NCBI GenBank assembly: GCA_963819685.1
Contig: CAWFXI010000011.1
Location: 56,173 to 120,172 of the forward strand
DNA: 64,000 bases
Source of the DNA: an uncultured Pseudomonadota bacterium
GTDB taxonomy: Bacteria; Pseudomonadota; Gammaproteobacteria; Steroidobacterales; Steroidobacteraceae
Direction of reading: 5' to 3'
A program made the position numbers and the translations under genes. The notes under the pieces were generated by a model, which did not search any database, had not been told where the DNA came from, and was given only the letters and a program-made list of their open reading frames with translations. Shown here piece by piece: positions 1 to 11,413 of this stretch (positions within the stretch are counted from its first letter, which is position 1; each line of letters opens with the position of its first letter).

Positions 1-289
1 CCCAACCGCCCCGCTTCGGATCAAACAGCAGGAACTCATACGAAGCGTCATCGATGAAAAGGCCGATATCACGTCCCTGCAGTTCGGCTTCCTCGCGTCC
101 CTGGGTCATCACGGCCCACAAGCGGCGAGCCTGATCCTCGACTTCGCGATCCCGTCCGAGCACGCTGACCGCAACGGTTGCCACGGAAACAATGACGCCA
201 ATGATGATGATGACGACGAGTATTTCGAGCAGCGTGAAACCGGCGCGCCGCCGGCGCGGGGACAGGGGACGGGGGATAGGGGATAGCAA
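1..289 (-). CDS. gspH: Type II secretion minor pseudopilin, GspH-like (N-terminal part; gene runs off the left edge)
   Basis: Not in the ORF track because it is truncated. The minus-strand frame after TTG at 289 reads LSPIPRPLSPRRRRAG/FTLLEILVVIIIIGVIVSVATVAVSVLGRDREVEDQARRLWAVMTQGREEAELQGRDIGLFIDDASYEFLLFDPKRGGW. This has the prepilin G/FTLLE cleavage-methylation motif plus a hydrophobic helix. It lies directly downstream of gspG. Calling it H rather than another minor pseudopilin is inference from position. Confidence 0.55.
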   Translation of the reverse strand, partial: MLSPIPRPLSPRRRRAGFTLLEILVVIIIIGVIVSVATVAVSVLGRDREVEDQARRLWAVMTQGREEAELQGRDIGLFIDDASYEFLLFDPKRGGW

Positions 290-311
290 GACGAGGCCCC
301 CGCGTCAGCGG

Positions 312-788
312 CTATTCCTCGTTCCAGTTGCCGACGTCTGCGTTGATCCCGTCGCCACCCTGCTGGCCATCCGCGCCCAGGGTGTAGAGGTCGTATTCCT
401 TTCCCTTGCTGCCGGGATTCAGGTACAGATAGTCATTGCCCCACGGATCCTTGCGCAGGCCATCGATGTAGCCCCCCGGCTTCCAGTTGCGAATGGTGGT
501 ATCGCCCGGCTGCTGCACGAGGGCCTTGAGGCCCTGGTCCGTTGTCGGATACTTGAAGTTGTCGAGGCGGAACAGGTTGAGCGCTGTTTCATACGCCCGG
601 ATGTCCTGCCGGGCCTTGGCGATCTGTGCGTCATCGATGCGGCGAATGACGTTCGGTGCAACGAGTGCCGCGAGGATGCCGAGAATGACGACGACCACCA
701 TGATTTCGATCAGGGTGAAACCACTCGCGCCGAGGCGGCTGCGGTGGCAGGACCTGGCCGTTGCGATTCGATCGGGATGAAGTGTCAT
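312..788 (-). CDS. gspG: Type II secretion major pseudopilin GspG
   Basis: 158-aa ORF. Motif G/FTLIEIMVVVVILGILAALVAPNV, followed by the GspG-typical IAKARQDIRAYETALNLFRLDNFKYPTTDQGLKALVQQP...DPWGNDYLY. Confidence 0.9.
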   Translation of the reverse strand: MTLHPDRIATARSCHRSRLGASGFTLIEIMVVVVILGILAALVAPNVIRRIDDAQIAKARQDIRAYETALNLFRLDNFKYPTTDQGLKALVQQPGDTTIRNWKPGGYIDGLRKDPWGNDYLYLNPGSKGKEYDLYTLGADGQQGGDGINADVGNWNEE

Positions 789-881
789 GCTGCCTCAGGG
801 TACTAGACTGTGTTTCAGGAATGCCGGGTTAAGCTTGTCCAACCGGCCGGCCGATCATAACAAAGGCCTATATGCGAAATA

Positions 882-1511
882 GTGACACGCTTGGGTAGTG
901 CTGTGAGTTCCGACCGGTTTCTGCGACAGCGCTTTGTCCGCTGGCTGCGACAGGGTGGTTATTGGCCCCTTGGGCTTGCGCTCGTTCTGGTGGTGCTATG
1001 GGCACCTGGCGACGCGGTGCTGGACTCACTGCGCTACGAGCGTAGCGCCATCAGTGCAGGACAGGTCTGGCGCTTCATTACAGGTCATCTGGTTCACGCC
1101 AGCTTCGCTCACCTGTTGCTGAACCTTGCCGGGCTGGGCGTGGTGGCAGCGCTTTTTCCCGGCGAATACTCGCGACGCGAGTGGACACTTGTCGGGCTGA
1201 CGAGTGCCCTCGCCATCAGCGCAGGGCTATGGTGGCTGAGGCCGCAAGTGACCTGGTACGTTGGGTTATCCGGGGTGCTGCATGGAATTCTGGCAGCTGG
1301 AGCCCTGTCATGGTGGCGCAGTCAGCCGCGCACGCTTGCCGCTCTGCTGTCAGCCGTTCTGCTCCTGAAGCTGGCTTGGGAGCAGTGGCAGGGGGCCTTG
1401 GGGTGGTCGGGCGAATTGCCGGTCATCGTGGACGCCCATCTGTTTGGCGCAGTGGGGGGGCTGGCGGCCGGAATCGCGGCACTGCTCTTGCGCAGGACTG
1501 CAGCCCGCTGA
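882..1511 (+). CDS. rrtA: Rhombosortase (rhomboid-family intramembrane serine protease of the GlyGly-CTERM sorting type)
   Basis: 209 aa and polytopic. LRYERSAISAGQVWRFITGHLVHASFAHLLLNLAGL, a GLSGVLHG (GxSG) serine motif and a later His (VDAHLFG). Size and motifs fit rhombosortase (TIGR03902-like) better than a generic GlpG. Confidence 0.7.
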   Translation: MTRLGSAVSSDRFLRQRFVRWLRQGGYWPLGLALVLVVLWAPGDAVLDSLRYERSAISAGQVWRFITGHLVHASFAHLLLNLAGLGVVAALFPGEYSRREWTLVGLTSALAISAGLWWLRPQVTWYVGLSGVLHGILAAGALSWWRSQPRTLAALLSAVLLLKLAWEQWQGALGWSGELPVIVDAHLFGAVGGLAAGIAALLLRRTAAR

Positions 1512-1586
1512 AGCCGACTGCCGAGAACTGGGCTCCACCCCCTATAATCCGCGACCCTTATTCAAACAGGCGAGAGGTTGGGATTC

Positions 1587-2537
1587 ATGACGCTGGCATT
1601 CGTATTCCCGGGTCAGGGCTCGCAGTCAGTCGGCATGCTCGCAAGTCTTGCTGCAGCTGAACCCCTGGTCATCGACACTTTTGCGCAAGCCTCAGAGGTC
1701 TTGGGTTACGACCTGTGGCAACTGTGCCAGGAGGGTCCCGAGGAAGCGCTCGGGGTAACCGAGAAAACGCAGCCAGCCATGCTCGCAGCGGGTGTGGCCA
1801 CATGGCGCGTCTGGCGTGCCCACGGAGGCAGTGTGCCGCAAGTCATGGCCGGTCATAGCCTGGGTGAGTATTCCGCTCTGGTGGCAGCCGACTGCATCGA
1901 CTTTCGTGCAGCGATCGATCTCGTGCGGTTTCGCGGCGCCGCCATGCAGGCCGCCGTTCCAGCGGGGCAGGGCGCCATGGCAGCCATCCTGGGGCTCGAA
2001 GATGCGGATGTTGAAGCGGCCTGTAGCGCAGCCGCCCAAGGTGACATTGTGGAAGCGGCCAACTTCAATTCGCCCGGTCAGGTGGTGATTGCGGGACAAG
2101 CCGCGGCCGTCGATCGCGCCGTCGAAATAGCGAAGGTCAAGGGGGCCAAGCGTGCGATCAAACTGCCCGTCAGTGTGCCTTCGCATAGCTCCCTGATGCG
2201 ACCAGCAGCCGAACAGTTGGCCGCCCGGCTGAAGGACACGGCGATACGCGCACCTAAAGGGATGGACATCTACTCTGTTGATTTGCGCAAGCACGGCGAC
2301 CCGGACGGCATCCGCAAAGCGCTGGTGGAGCAGCTCGTCAAGCCGGTCCGCTGGGCGGACACGGTGCGGGCGATGCTCGGCGGTGGCGCCCGTATCTTCG
2401 TTGAATGCGGCCCGGGCAAGGTCCTGACGGGATTGAATCGTCGCATTGAACGCGACAAGACAGTGCGGATGATCGCGCTGGAAGACCCGGCTGCGCTTGC
2501 TGATGCGCTCGCCGTGAGCGGCAGCATCCCGGATTGA
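1587..2537 (+). CDS. fabD: Malonyl-CoA:ACP transacylase
   Basis: MTLAFVFPGQGSQSVGM...GHSLGEYSALV. Sits in fab cluster synteny. ATG at 1587 preferred over TTG at 1578. Confidence 0.95.
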   Translation: MTLAFVFPGQGSQSVGMLASLAAAEPLVIDTFAQASEVLGYDLWQLCQEGPEEALGVTEKTQPAMLAAGVATWRVWRAHGGSVPQVMAGHSLGEYSALVAADCIDFRAAIDLVRFRGAAMQAAVPAGQGAMAAILGLEDADVEAACSAAAQGDIVEAANFNSPGQVVIAGQAAAVDRAVEIAKVKGAKRAIKLPVSVPSHSSLMRPAAEQLAARLKDTAIRAPKGMDIYSVDLRKHGDPDGIRKALVEQLVKPVRWADTVRAMLGGGARIFVECGPGKVLTGLNRRIERDKTVRMIALEDPAALADALAVSGSIPD

Positions 2538-2576
2538 TAGTGAACAAGACCTGATACTGAAGAAGAGATCCAACTC

Positions 2577-3326
2577 ATGACAACCGAACTGGCGGGTGAG
2601 ATTGCGCTTGTGACCGGCGCATCCCGAGGCATAGGCCGGGCTATCGCGCTCGAGCTTGGACTCCGCGGCGCTACGGTCATTGGCACAGCAACAACGGAAG
2701 CAGGTGCCGCCGCTATAGGCCAGCGCCTGGCTGAGAAAGGACTTCAGGGTCGCGGCCTGGTCCTCAATGTGGCAGACGCGGCTTCTGTCGACGCCGCCTA
2801 CAAGGGTCTGGAAGGTGCTGAAGGGACGCCGACCATTCTGGTCAACAATGCAGGCATCACACGCGACAATCTGCTCATGCGCATGAAGGCGGAAGAGTGG
2901 GATGAAATCATCGATACGAATCTGTCCTCGGTATTTCGCATGTGCAAGGGCGCGATCCGCGGCATGATGAAAGCGCGACGCGGGCGCATTATCACGGTCG
3001 CGTCAGTAGTTGGGGTGATGGGCAACGCCGGACAAACCAACTACGCGGCGGCCAAGGCCGGCATCATCGGATTTTCAAAGTCGCTGGCACGGGAGATCGG
3101 CTCCCGTGGCATCACTGTGAACGTGGTGGCCCCCGGGTTCATCGCGACTGACATGACCGCCCAGCTGCCAGCGGAACAGCAGGAACAACTGTCAAAGCAG
3201 ATTGCCCTCGGCAGGCTCGGGGCAGTCGAGGATATTGCGAATGCGGTCGCCTTCCTGGCCTCCCCGGGAGCCGGTTACATCACCGGCGAAACGCTGCACG
3301 TCAATGGCGGCATGTACATGATCTGA
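2577..3326 (+). CDS. fabG: 3-oxoacyl-ACP reductase
   Basis: 249-aa SDR with VTGASRGIGRAIA, NNAGITRD, YAAAKAG and GETLHVNGGMYM. Confidence 0.95.
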   Translation: MTTELAGEIALVTGASRGIGRAIALELGLRGATVIGTATTEAGAAAIGQRLAEKGLQGRGLVLNVADAASVDAAYKGLEGAEGTPTILVNNAGITRDNLLMRMKAEEWDEIIDTNLSSVFRMCKGAIRGMMKARRGRIITVASVVGVMGNAGQTNYAAAKAGIIGFSKSLAREIGSRGITVNVVAPGFIATDMTAQLPAEQQEQLSKQIALGRLGAVEDIANAVAFLASPGAGYITGETLHVNGGMYMI

Positions 3327-3484
3327 CGGACCGCAACGGGACCGGGATGTCCTTGGCAGGCCGTTCATCAGAGCGTCTCCTGATTACGGGAACTTAACCC
3401 TGCACCGCGCTTGGCAGACGCCGACACTACTGTCAAGCGATTTCCCTTGGGTTAAGCTGTTGTTGCGGCGCAAGTTTGAAGAGG

Positions 3485-3513
3485 TTGGACGCGTCCGCCT
3501 CTTAACATAGAAT
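3485..3513 (+). promoter_or_regulatory. Candidate sigma70 promoter for acpP (TTGGAC - 17 nt - TAGAAT)
   Basis: TTGGAC at 3485-3490 and TAGAAT at 3508-3513 with a 17-nt spacer, about 80 nt upstream of acpP. It is embedded in the hairpin-forming AAGAGG..GGACGCGTCC..CCTCTT. Motif-based only. Confidence 0.35.
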
Positions 3514-3595
3514 ACGCCCCCCATGCGGCATCCGGCTCGACCGACCGGCTGCCTTTTTGCTGAGCCTTGAGGTCTCACAGAGGACTCGTACACCA

Positions 3596-3838
3596 ATGAG
3601 CAGTATCGAACAGCAGGTTAAAGCGATCGTCGCCGAGCAGCTAGGCGTCAAGGAAGAAGAAGTCACGAACGACGCTTCCTTCGTCGACGATCTCGGAGCA
3701 GATTCTCTGGACACCGTCGAGCTCGTAATGGCGCTGGAGGAGGAATTCGAGACCGAGATTCCTGACGAAGACGCTGAAAAGATCACCACCGTGCAGCAGG
3801 CGATCGACTACATTACTGAACGTCGCACCCAGGCCTGA
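3596..3838 (+). CDS. acpP: Acyl carrier protein
   Basis: [18 protein letters not shown]...[20 protein letters not shown] (DSL phosphopantetheine site). Internal ATG of ORF 3557-3838 chosen by homology. Confidence 0.95.
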   Translation: MSSIEQQVKAIVAEQLGVKEEEVTNDASFVDDLGADSLDTVELVMALEEEFETEIPDEDAEKITTVQQAIDYITERRTQA

Positions 3839-3941
3839 TCCCGGCTTTCTTCAGGTTGCGGACATCCGGATGATGGAGATGCCACGGAAGGCACCTCTGC
3901 AATGACTGCTTCCCACTCCTTCCACCTGTCGAGGTAACCCG

Positions 3942-5186
3942 TTGTCCAGACGACGCGTCGTCATCACCGGACTAGGCATCATTTCTCCGGTCGGCAGCAC
4001 GATTGCCACTGCGTGGCAGAACGTGCTGGCAGGTCATAGCGGCATTGGACCCATCACGCGGTTCGACGTCAGCAATTTTCCGGTGCGCATCGGCGGAGCC
4101 GTTGCGGGATTCAACGCCGAGGAATACCTGCAACCGAAGGACATGCGGAAGATGGATCCCTTCATGCACTACGGCTTTGCCGCCGCCGTGCAGGCGTTCA
4201 GGCATTCGGGTCTGGCCGTGACCTCAGACACAGCCCCGCGGATCGGTGTTGCCATGGGTGCAGGCATCGGCGGCCTCGAGACCATCGAGGAAAACGCCCA
4301 GAAGTATTACGAGTCGAAGAGTCCCAAGCGCATTTCGCCGTTCATGGTGCCTGGCAGCATCATCAACATGATCTCGGGTCATGTGTCGATGCATCTTGGC
4401 CTCACAGGTCCGAACATCGCCACGGTCACGGCGTGCACGACTTCGACGCATTCAATCGGCATTGCCGCGCGACTCATCCAGTACGGGGATGCGGACGTCA
4501 TGCTGGCCGGTGGCGGCGAGATGGCTACCACGCCGCTTGGGTTAGGCAGCTTCAGCCAGGCGCGGGCATTGTCGACCCGGAATGATGAGCCCAAGCGGGC
4601 CAGTCGTCCGTGGGACAAGGACCGGGATGGTTTCGTGCTTTCCGACGGCGCGGCGGCACTGGTGCTCGAGGAGTACGAGCATGCCAAGGCGCGCGGCGCT
4701 GCCATCTTCGCGGAGTTCGCCGGCTTCGGCATGAGTGGCGATGCCCATCACATGACGGCACCACCGGAGGACGGCGAGGGCGCGCGGCTGGCCATGGCGA
4801 ATGCGCTGAAGGATGCACACCTGAATCCCGATGAGATCCAGTACGTGAATGCGCATGCGACGTCGACCGAGCTGGGTGATCGCGCTGAAACGGTGGCGAT
4901 CAAGCGCTGTTTCGGTAACCATGCTGCCAAACTGGCGGTCAGTTCCACCAAGTCGATGACCGGGCATCTGCTGGGCGCAGCAGGCGCCATCGAAGCGATT
5001 TTCTCGATCCTGGCCCTTCGCGACCAGGTTGTGCCGCCGACGATCAACCTGGACACGCCGGATCCGGCGTGCGATCTGGACTACGTGCCACACATCGCGC
5101 GTCCGCTGCCGTTGCGGGCAGTGCTGTCCAATTCGTTTGGTTTTGGTGGCACCAACGGCAGCCTGATCTTCCGCACCCTCGAGTGA
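3942..5186 (+). CDS. fabF: 3-oxoacyl-ACP synthase II
   Basis: 414 aa. [26 protein letters not shown] (active-site Cys), NAHATST and [15 protein letters not shown]. Confidence 0.95.
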   Translation: MSRRRVVITGLGIISPVGSTIATAWQNVLAGHSGIGPITRFDVSNFPVRIGGAVAGFNAEEYLQPKDMRKMDPFMHYGFAAAVQAFRHSGLAVTSDTAPRIGVAMGAGIGGLETIEENAQKYYESKSPKRISPFMVPGSIINMISGHVSMHLGLTGPNIATVTACTTSTHSIGIAARLIQYGDADVMLAGGGEMATTPLGLGSFSQARALSTRNDEPKRASRPWDKDRDGFVLSDGAAALVLEEYEHAKARGAAIFAEFAGFGMSGDAHHMTAPPEDGEGARLAMANALKDAHLNPDEIQYVNAHATSTELGDRAETVAIKRCFGNHAAKLAVSSTKSMTGHLLGAAGAIEAIFSILALRDQVVPPTINLDTPDPACDLDYVPHIARPLPLRAVLSNSFGFGGTNGSLIFRTLE

Positions 5187-5202
5187 TCTGCTAGCCCTGG
5201 CC

Positions 5203-6609
5203 GTGGAGTCGGCCCGACACACTCCTGCCCCTCCAAACGTGCGAACGACGCAGGTCGACGCGTCCGTTCTGCTTGCTCTGCACGCCTCGCATCCGCAGCG
5301 ATATCCAGTGCTGCTCGAAAGTACTGCGACAAATGGGGCCCTGGGCAAATTCAATGTGCTGCTTGCGTTTCCGGGTGAACGCCTCGAACTCAAGGTCGAT
5401 GGGTCGTTGGAAGGAGATGCACCCGTTCCCCGGACAGGAACGTTTCTGGAAGCGCTGGACCGTTGGTGGGCGGATGAACAACTGCCGCCGCAGGAGACTC
5501 CGCTACCCTTCAAGGGTGGCTGGTTTCTGTTCCTGGGATACGAATTAGCCGCTCAAATCGAGCCTTCGTTGCGACTGCCTGCGCAGGAAGCGAACCCCGT
5601 TGCCATCGCACTGCGGGTGCCCGCGGCCATCCTGCACTCACCGTCGACCGGTGAGGCCTGGCTGGTTGCGGAGCCTGGACATGATGCCGCTGTGGAGACT
5701 ATGCGAGAGGACCTGCATGCATTGGCCACAGCCGGTGCCTTGTCTCTGCCAGTGACGGAGGGGTTGCTGCAGGGGCCTGTCACTGAGGATCCACCCGAGC
5801 AGTTCCTGGCAGGGGTTACCAGCACGCTCCGGCACATTGCCGCGGGTGACATTTACCAGGCGAACCTGTCACGGGCCTGGTACGCGACGCTGGCACCGGG
5901 GATCCGGGCCCACGACGTCTACAGCAGGTTACGGCGCACGAATCCCGGGCCCTTTGCAGGCCTTGCCGTACTGGGCACCCGTGCGATCATCAGTTCGTCT
6001 CCGGAGCGCCTGCTGGAAGTTCGCGGCCGCCGGATTTCCACACGCCCGATCGCTGGCACCCGCCCTCGAGCCGCCAACATGCTCGCGGACCGGGGCCTCG
6101 CACGGGAGCTGCGACAGAACCCCAAGGAACAGGCCGAGCACGTGATGCTGATTGACCTGGAGCGCAACGATCTGGGACGAGTGTGCGAGCCTGGCAGCGT
6201 CGAGGTTGACGAGTACATGTCGCTCGAGTCTTACGCCCACGTGCATCACATCGTATCGAACGTGCGCGGTATCCTGCGATCCGGCGTGACGCCCGGGCAG
6301 ACCATAGCTGCGGTATTTCCCGGGGGCACTATTACAGGCTGTCCCAAAGTCCGTTGCATGCAGATCATTGGCGATCTCGAACGCACGCCGCGCCGGGTGT
6401 ATACGGGTTCCATGGGGTATCTGAACCGCGACGGCAGCATGGATCTGAACATCCTCATCCGCACGCTGGAGCTGACGGGTCGGCAGATCGTGTTGCGTGC
6501 CGGCGCCGGAATCGTTGCAGATTCAGTTCCGGAGCGGGAACTTCATGAGACTCGCGCCAAGGCAGCAGGCATGCTTGCGGCGTTGCTCCCAGTGGAGGGA
6601 ACCACGTGA
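5203..6609 (+). CDS. pabB: Aminodeoxychorismate synthase component I
   Basis: 468-aa chorismate-binding enzyme with GDIYQANLS, SSSPERLL, PIAGTRPR, EHVMLIDLERNDLG, FPGGTITGCPK and GAGIVADS. Its stop overlaps the pabC start. Confidence 0.8.
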   Translation: MESARHTPAPPNVRTTQVDASVLLALHASHPQRYPVLLESTATNGALGKFNVLLAFPGERLELKVDGSLEGDAPVPRTGTFLEALDRWWADEQLPPQETPLPFKGGWFLFLGYELAAQIEPSLRLPAQEANPVAIALRVPAAILHSPSTGEAWLVAEPGHDAAVETMREDLHALATAGALSLPVTEGLLQGPVTEDPPEQFLAGVTSTLRHIAAGDIYQANLSRAWYATLAPGIRAHDVYSRLRRTNPGPFAGLAVLGTRAIISSSPERLLEVRGRRISTRPIAGTRPRAANMLADRGLARELRQNPKEQAEHVMLIDLERNDLGRVCEPGSVEVDEYMSLESYAHVHHIVSNVRGILRSGVTPGQTIAAVFPGGTITGCPKVRCMQIIGDLERTPRRVYTGSMGYLNRDGSMDLNILIRTLELTGRQIVLRAGAGIVADSVPERELHETRAKAAGMLAALLPVEGTT

Positions 6610-7430
6610 ACGTGTCGATCCTGGTCAACGGTCGACCGCCAACAGATCGCAATCATGCGCTCGCGTTTGATGATCGGGGTCTGCAGTATGGCGATGGCCT
6701 GTTCGAGACCGCCCTGCTTGCGGGTGGTCGCATCCGCTTTCTTGAAGGGCATCTCGAGCGCCTGCGGGCCGGGTGCGGATGCCTTGGCATTGTGTGTCCC
6801 GACCGGGAGCTCCTGATCAGGGACATTGGACTCCTCACTGCGGGTCGCGGTGACGGCATTCTCAAGATTGTGGTGACCAGGGGCGCTGCAGGGCGAGGCT
6901 ACCGCGCACCCCATCAAGCTGAAGCTACACGGATCATGGCGCTGTTTCCGCCAGTCGCCAACGCTGAGTCTCCCGGAGAGGGTATCGAAGTCCGCTGGTG
7001 CGCGATGCGTCTCGGCCGCAACCCCGCGTTGGCAGGGATCAAGCATCTGAACCGCCTCGAGCAGGTCCTTGCCCAGTCCGAATGGAGGGATCCGCAGATC
7101 GCAGAAGGCTTGATGCTGGACACCGAGGGAGAACTGGTTGCAGCCACTGCCGGCAATCTGTTCCTGGTCCGGGACGGTATTCTTTGCACTTCGGATCTGC
7201 GGTATTGCGGTATTCGCGGTGTCATGCGTGGACAGGTCATCGGGATGGCCGTATCGACGGGCATTCCGGTTGAAGAGCAGCCGATGTGGCCGGCGGATCT
7301 CGACACGGCGGACGAAGTGTTTGTCACCAATGCCATTCGCGGCATCCGGCCCGTCGTGACGCTGGAAGACCGTAGCTGGCGCGTGGGTCCGGTTACGAAA
7401 CGCCTTGCCGTTGCACTCACGTTGTGGTGA
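6606..7430 (+). CDS. pabC: Aminodeoxychorismate lyase (class IV aminotransferase fold)
   Basis: 274 aa. DRGLQYGDGLFET, GIKHLNRLEQVLA, TNAIRGIRPV. Position between fabF/pabB and mltG is as in many gammaproteobacteria. Confidence 0.8.
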   Translation: MNVSILVNGRPPTDRNHALAFDDRGLQYGDGLFETALLAGGRIRFLEGHLERLRAGCGCLGIVCPDRELLIRDIGLLTAGRGDGILKIVVTRGAAGRGYRAPHQAEATRIMALFPPVANAESPGEGIEVRWCAMRLGRNPALAGIKHLNRLEQVLAQSEWRDPQIAEGLMLDTEGELVAATAGNLFLVRDGILCTSDLRYCGIRGVMRGQVIGMAVSTGIPVEEQPMWPADLDTADEVFVTNAIRGIRPVVTLEDRSWRVGPVTKRLAVALTLW

Positions 7431-7439
7431 AGCGGTGAC

Positions 7440-8474
7440 ATGAAAGCCAAACGAGCGCTGTGGACCGGACTGCTCCTCATCATGTCAGCCGCCGCGATCG
7501 CGGCAATTCTGGTGGCGCGCTTCACGCTGACATGGCTACACAACCCCGTGGCGGCGTTGACTGCGCCACAGGCGTATGAAATTCCGCGCGGCATGACGCT
7601 GTCGGCGTTGGCCCGTGATCTCGCCACCCGTGGCGTTATCGAGCACCCGCGACTGCTGGTCGCCTGGGCCCGCATCACAGGGCAGGCAACCGGCCTCAAG
7701 GCAGGCGAGTACGAGATGCTTCCGGGCTCCTCGCCCCAGGCCCTGCTGGATCTCTTTGCTTCGGGTCGGGTGCTGTTGCATTCGATAACGTTCATCGAAG
7801 GGTCGACGTTTGACGATGTTCGGCGCCTGCTGTCGGGCAATCAGGATGTACGTCACGAACTCGGTGACGCGGCACCGGAAGAGGTGATGCGGCGCCTCGG
7901 AGCGCCCGACCGGCACTGGGAAGGACAATTCTTTCCGGATACGTATCGCTTCGCGCGGCAGACCAGTGATCTTGAACTGCTGCGCATGGCTTACGACCGC
8001 ATGCAACGCGAACTGGAAAACGCCTGGTCGACACGTGCCCCGGATCTGCCACTGGCCAGCTCCTATGAAGCGCTGATACTGGCGTCGATCATCGAAAAAG
8101 AAACGGCGCTCGAAAAGGAGCGCGGCCAGATCGGTGGTGTGTTCGTCGCAAGGCTGCGTCGGCAGATGCGGCTGCAGACGGACCCGACGGTGATCTATGG
8201 GCTCGACGACAGCTACGATGGCAATCTGCGCCGTGCGGATCTGCAGCGGGATACACCGTACAACACCTATACTCGTGCAGGCTTGCCCCCGACACCGATC
8301 GCGTTGCCGGGACTCGGAGCGCTGCAGGCTGCCGTGCATCCCGAAGAGACGGGAGCACTGTTTTTCGTCGCCACTGGACTTGGCGATGGCAGCCACTACT
8401 TTTCCCGTACACTGGCTGAACATGAAGCCGCTGTGCAGCGCTATCTCGCAAGGCTGCGGCAACAGCAACCATGA
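7440..8474 (+). CDS. mltG: Endolytic murein transglycosylase (YceG family)
   Basis: 344 aa with an N-terminal TM helix. ASIIEKETA, RLQTDPTVIYG, YNTYTRAGLPPTPIALPG. Confidence 0.9.
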   Translation: MKAKRALWTGLLLIMSAAAIAAILVARFTLTWLHNPVAALTAPQAYEIPRGMTLSALARDLATRGVIEHPRLLVAWARITGQATGLKAGEYEMLPGSSPQALLDLFASGRVLLHSITFIEGSTFDDVRRLLSGNQDVRHELGDAAPEEVMRRLGAPDRHWEGQFFPDTYRFARQTSDLELLRMAYDRMQRELENAWSTRAPDLPLASSYEALILASIIEKETALEKERGQIGGVFVARLRRQMRLQTDPTVIYGLDDSYDGNLRRADLQRDTPYNTYTRAGLPPTPIALPGLGALQAAVHPEETGALFFVATGLGDGSHYFSRTLAEHEAAVQRYLARLRQQQP

Positions 8475-8478
8475 CTGA

Positions 8479-10171
<1,693 letters not shown>

Positions 10172-10191
10172 GCGACCGCACGAGATCACGC

Positions 10192-10548
10192 ATGGCAATG
10201 CGCCAGCCCAGCAGTAAGCCCGGATTGCTCACGCTCACCATCAAGGACAAGAGCGCGCTCTACCTTGCCTACATGCCGTTCGTGAAGAACGGGGGGCTGT
10301 TCATTCCGACCAACAGCAACTATCGCCTCGGTGATGAAGTGTTCATGCTGCTCAATCTGATGGGGGAGGAAGAGAAGTTGCCCGTGGCGGGGCGGGTCAT
10401 CTGGATGACTCCGAAGGGCGCCCAGGGCAAGCGTACGGCTGGTATCGGCGTGCAGTTCAGCGAGCAGGATCGCGGCAATACCCAGCGGAAGATCGAGAGC
10501 TATCTCGCCGGCGCCTTAGGCGGCGACAAACCAACGCATACGATGTAA
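10192..10548 (+). CDS. pilZ: PilZ-domain protein (type IV pilus PilZ-like)
   Basis: 118 aa. LTLTIKDKSALYLAYMPFVKNGGLFIPT...GIGVQF. Canonical position after holB. Confidence 0.8.
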   Translation: MAMRQPSSKPGLLTLTIKDKSALYLAYMPFVKNGGLFIPTNSNYRLGDEVFMLLNLMGEEEKLPVAGRVIWMTPKGAQGKRTAGIGVQFSEQDRGNTQRKIESYLAGALGGDKPTHTM

Positions 10549-10570
10549 GCGAACGCGCGACCTGCGACGT

Positions 10571-11413
10571 TCACTTGCCGGTCAGATCCGTCGCTGCCAG
10601 TCCACCCTGCAGGACGGATGCATGGAAGCCTCGTTCGCTCAGTATGTAGGCTCCCGCTGAACTGCGGCGCCCGGAGTCGCAGCACACGACGTAGTGCGTC
10701 TCCTGATCCAGATTCTTGAGCTTCAGCCGCATGAAATACAGCGGAATGTTGATCGCGTCGGGCAAGTGAAAATTCTCGAACTCGCTCGGCAGGCGCACAT
10801 CCAGCCACTTTGCACCCTCGGCAACGAGCCTTGACGCCTGATCGTAGTCCACCCATTCCAGCATCGGCTCATTCAGCAGCGTGCGGAAATCATCCTTGCC
10901 AAGCCGCATCAGCGTGCCATCCGCAGACATCATCACACTGGCATTGCGTTTGGCATCCGAAATCAGCGCCTCTTCACCGAACGTGTCGCCCATCCCGAGT
11001 TCGGCAAGCTTGATCCCTTCCTTGTTGAGCGGCGTTTCGCGGGTGACGGTGCACTTGCCCTTGACGATGACGTAGAAGAAGTCGCCCTCGTCGCCCTGCT
11101 TGATGACGATCTCGCCGGCCTTGAAGTCCACGCGCTGCATGCGCATGAAGATCGCCTGGATGTTTGCCGGGGGAATCTTGTGGAAAGCCTTGGTCTGCAG
11201 CAGCGTCGTCATCCAGTCGTCCGAGGACGGCATGCCATCGCCGCCGTCCCTGAGTTCGCTGACCTCATAGGAGCCGGTCTGGTCCCAGGTCAGCATCACG
11301 TCAAGGAGATCGCTGTCCAGCGTGATGAATTCGATGCGTTCCGAAGCGACCCTGCGCGCTGTAGCGGCGGGGGATGGTCGGAGTGAGTGGATTGCGGGCT
11401 TCCGGGGTCCCAC
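10571..11413 (-). CDS. Cyclic-nucleotide-binding domain + rhodanese domain protein, C-terminal 3/4 (frame-broken gene)
   Basis: Second cNMP domain (FKAGEIVIKQGDEGDFFYVIVKGKC...GMGDTFGEEALISDAKRNASV). Rhodanese domain follows (WLDVRLPSEFENFHLPDAINIPL...VVCCDSGRRSSAGAYIL). Continues ORF 11301-11636 in another frame. Confidence 0.8.
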   Translation of the reverse strand: MGPRKPAIHSLRPSPAATARRVASERIEFITLDSDLLDVMLTWDQTGSYEVSELRDGGDGMPSSDDWMTTLLQTKAFHKIPPANIQAIFMRMQRVDFKAGEIVIKQGDEGDFFYVIVKGKCTVTRETPLNKEGIKLAELGMGDTFGEEALISDAKRNASVMMSADGTLMRLGKDDFRTLLNEPMLEWVDYDQASRLVAEGAKWLDVRLPSEFENFHLPDAINIPLYFMRLKLKNLDQETHYVVCCDSGRRSSAGAYILSERGFHASVLQGGLAATDLTGK

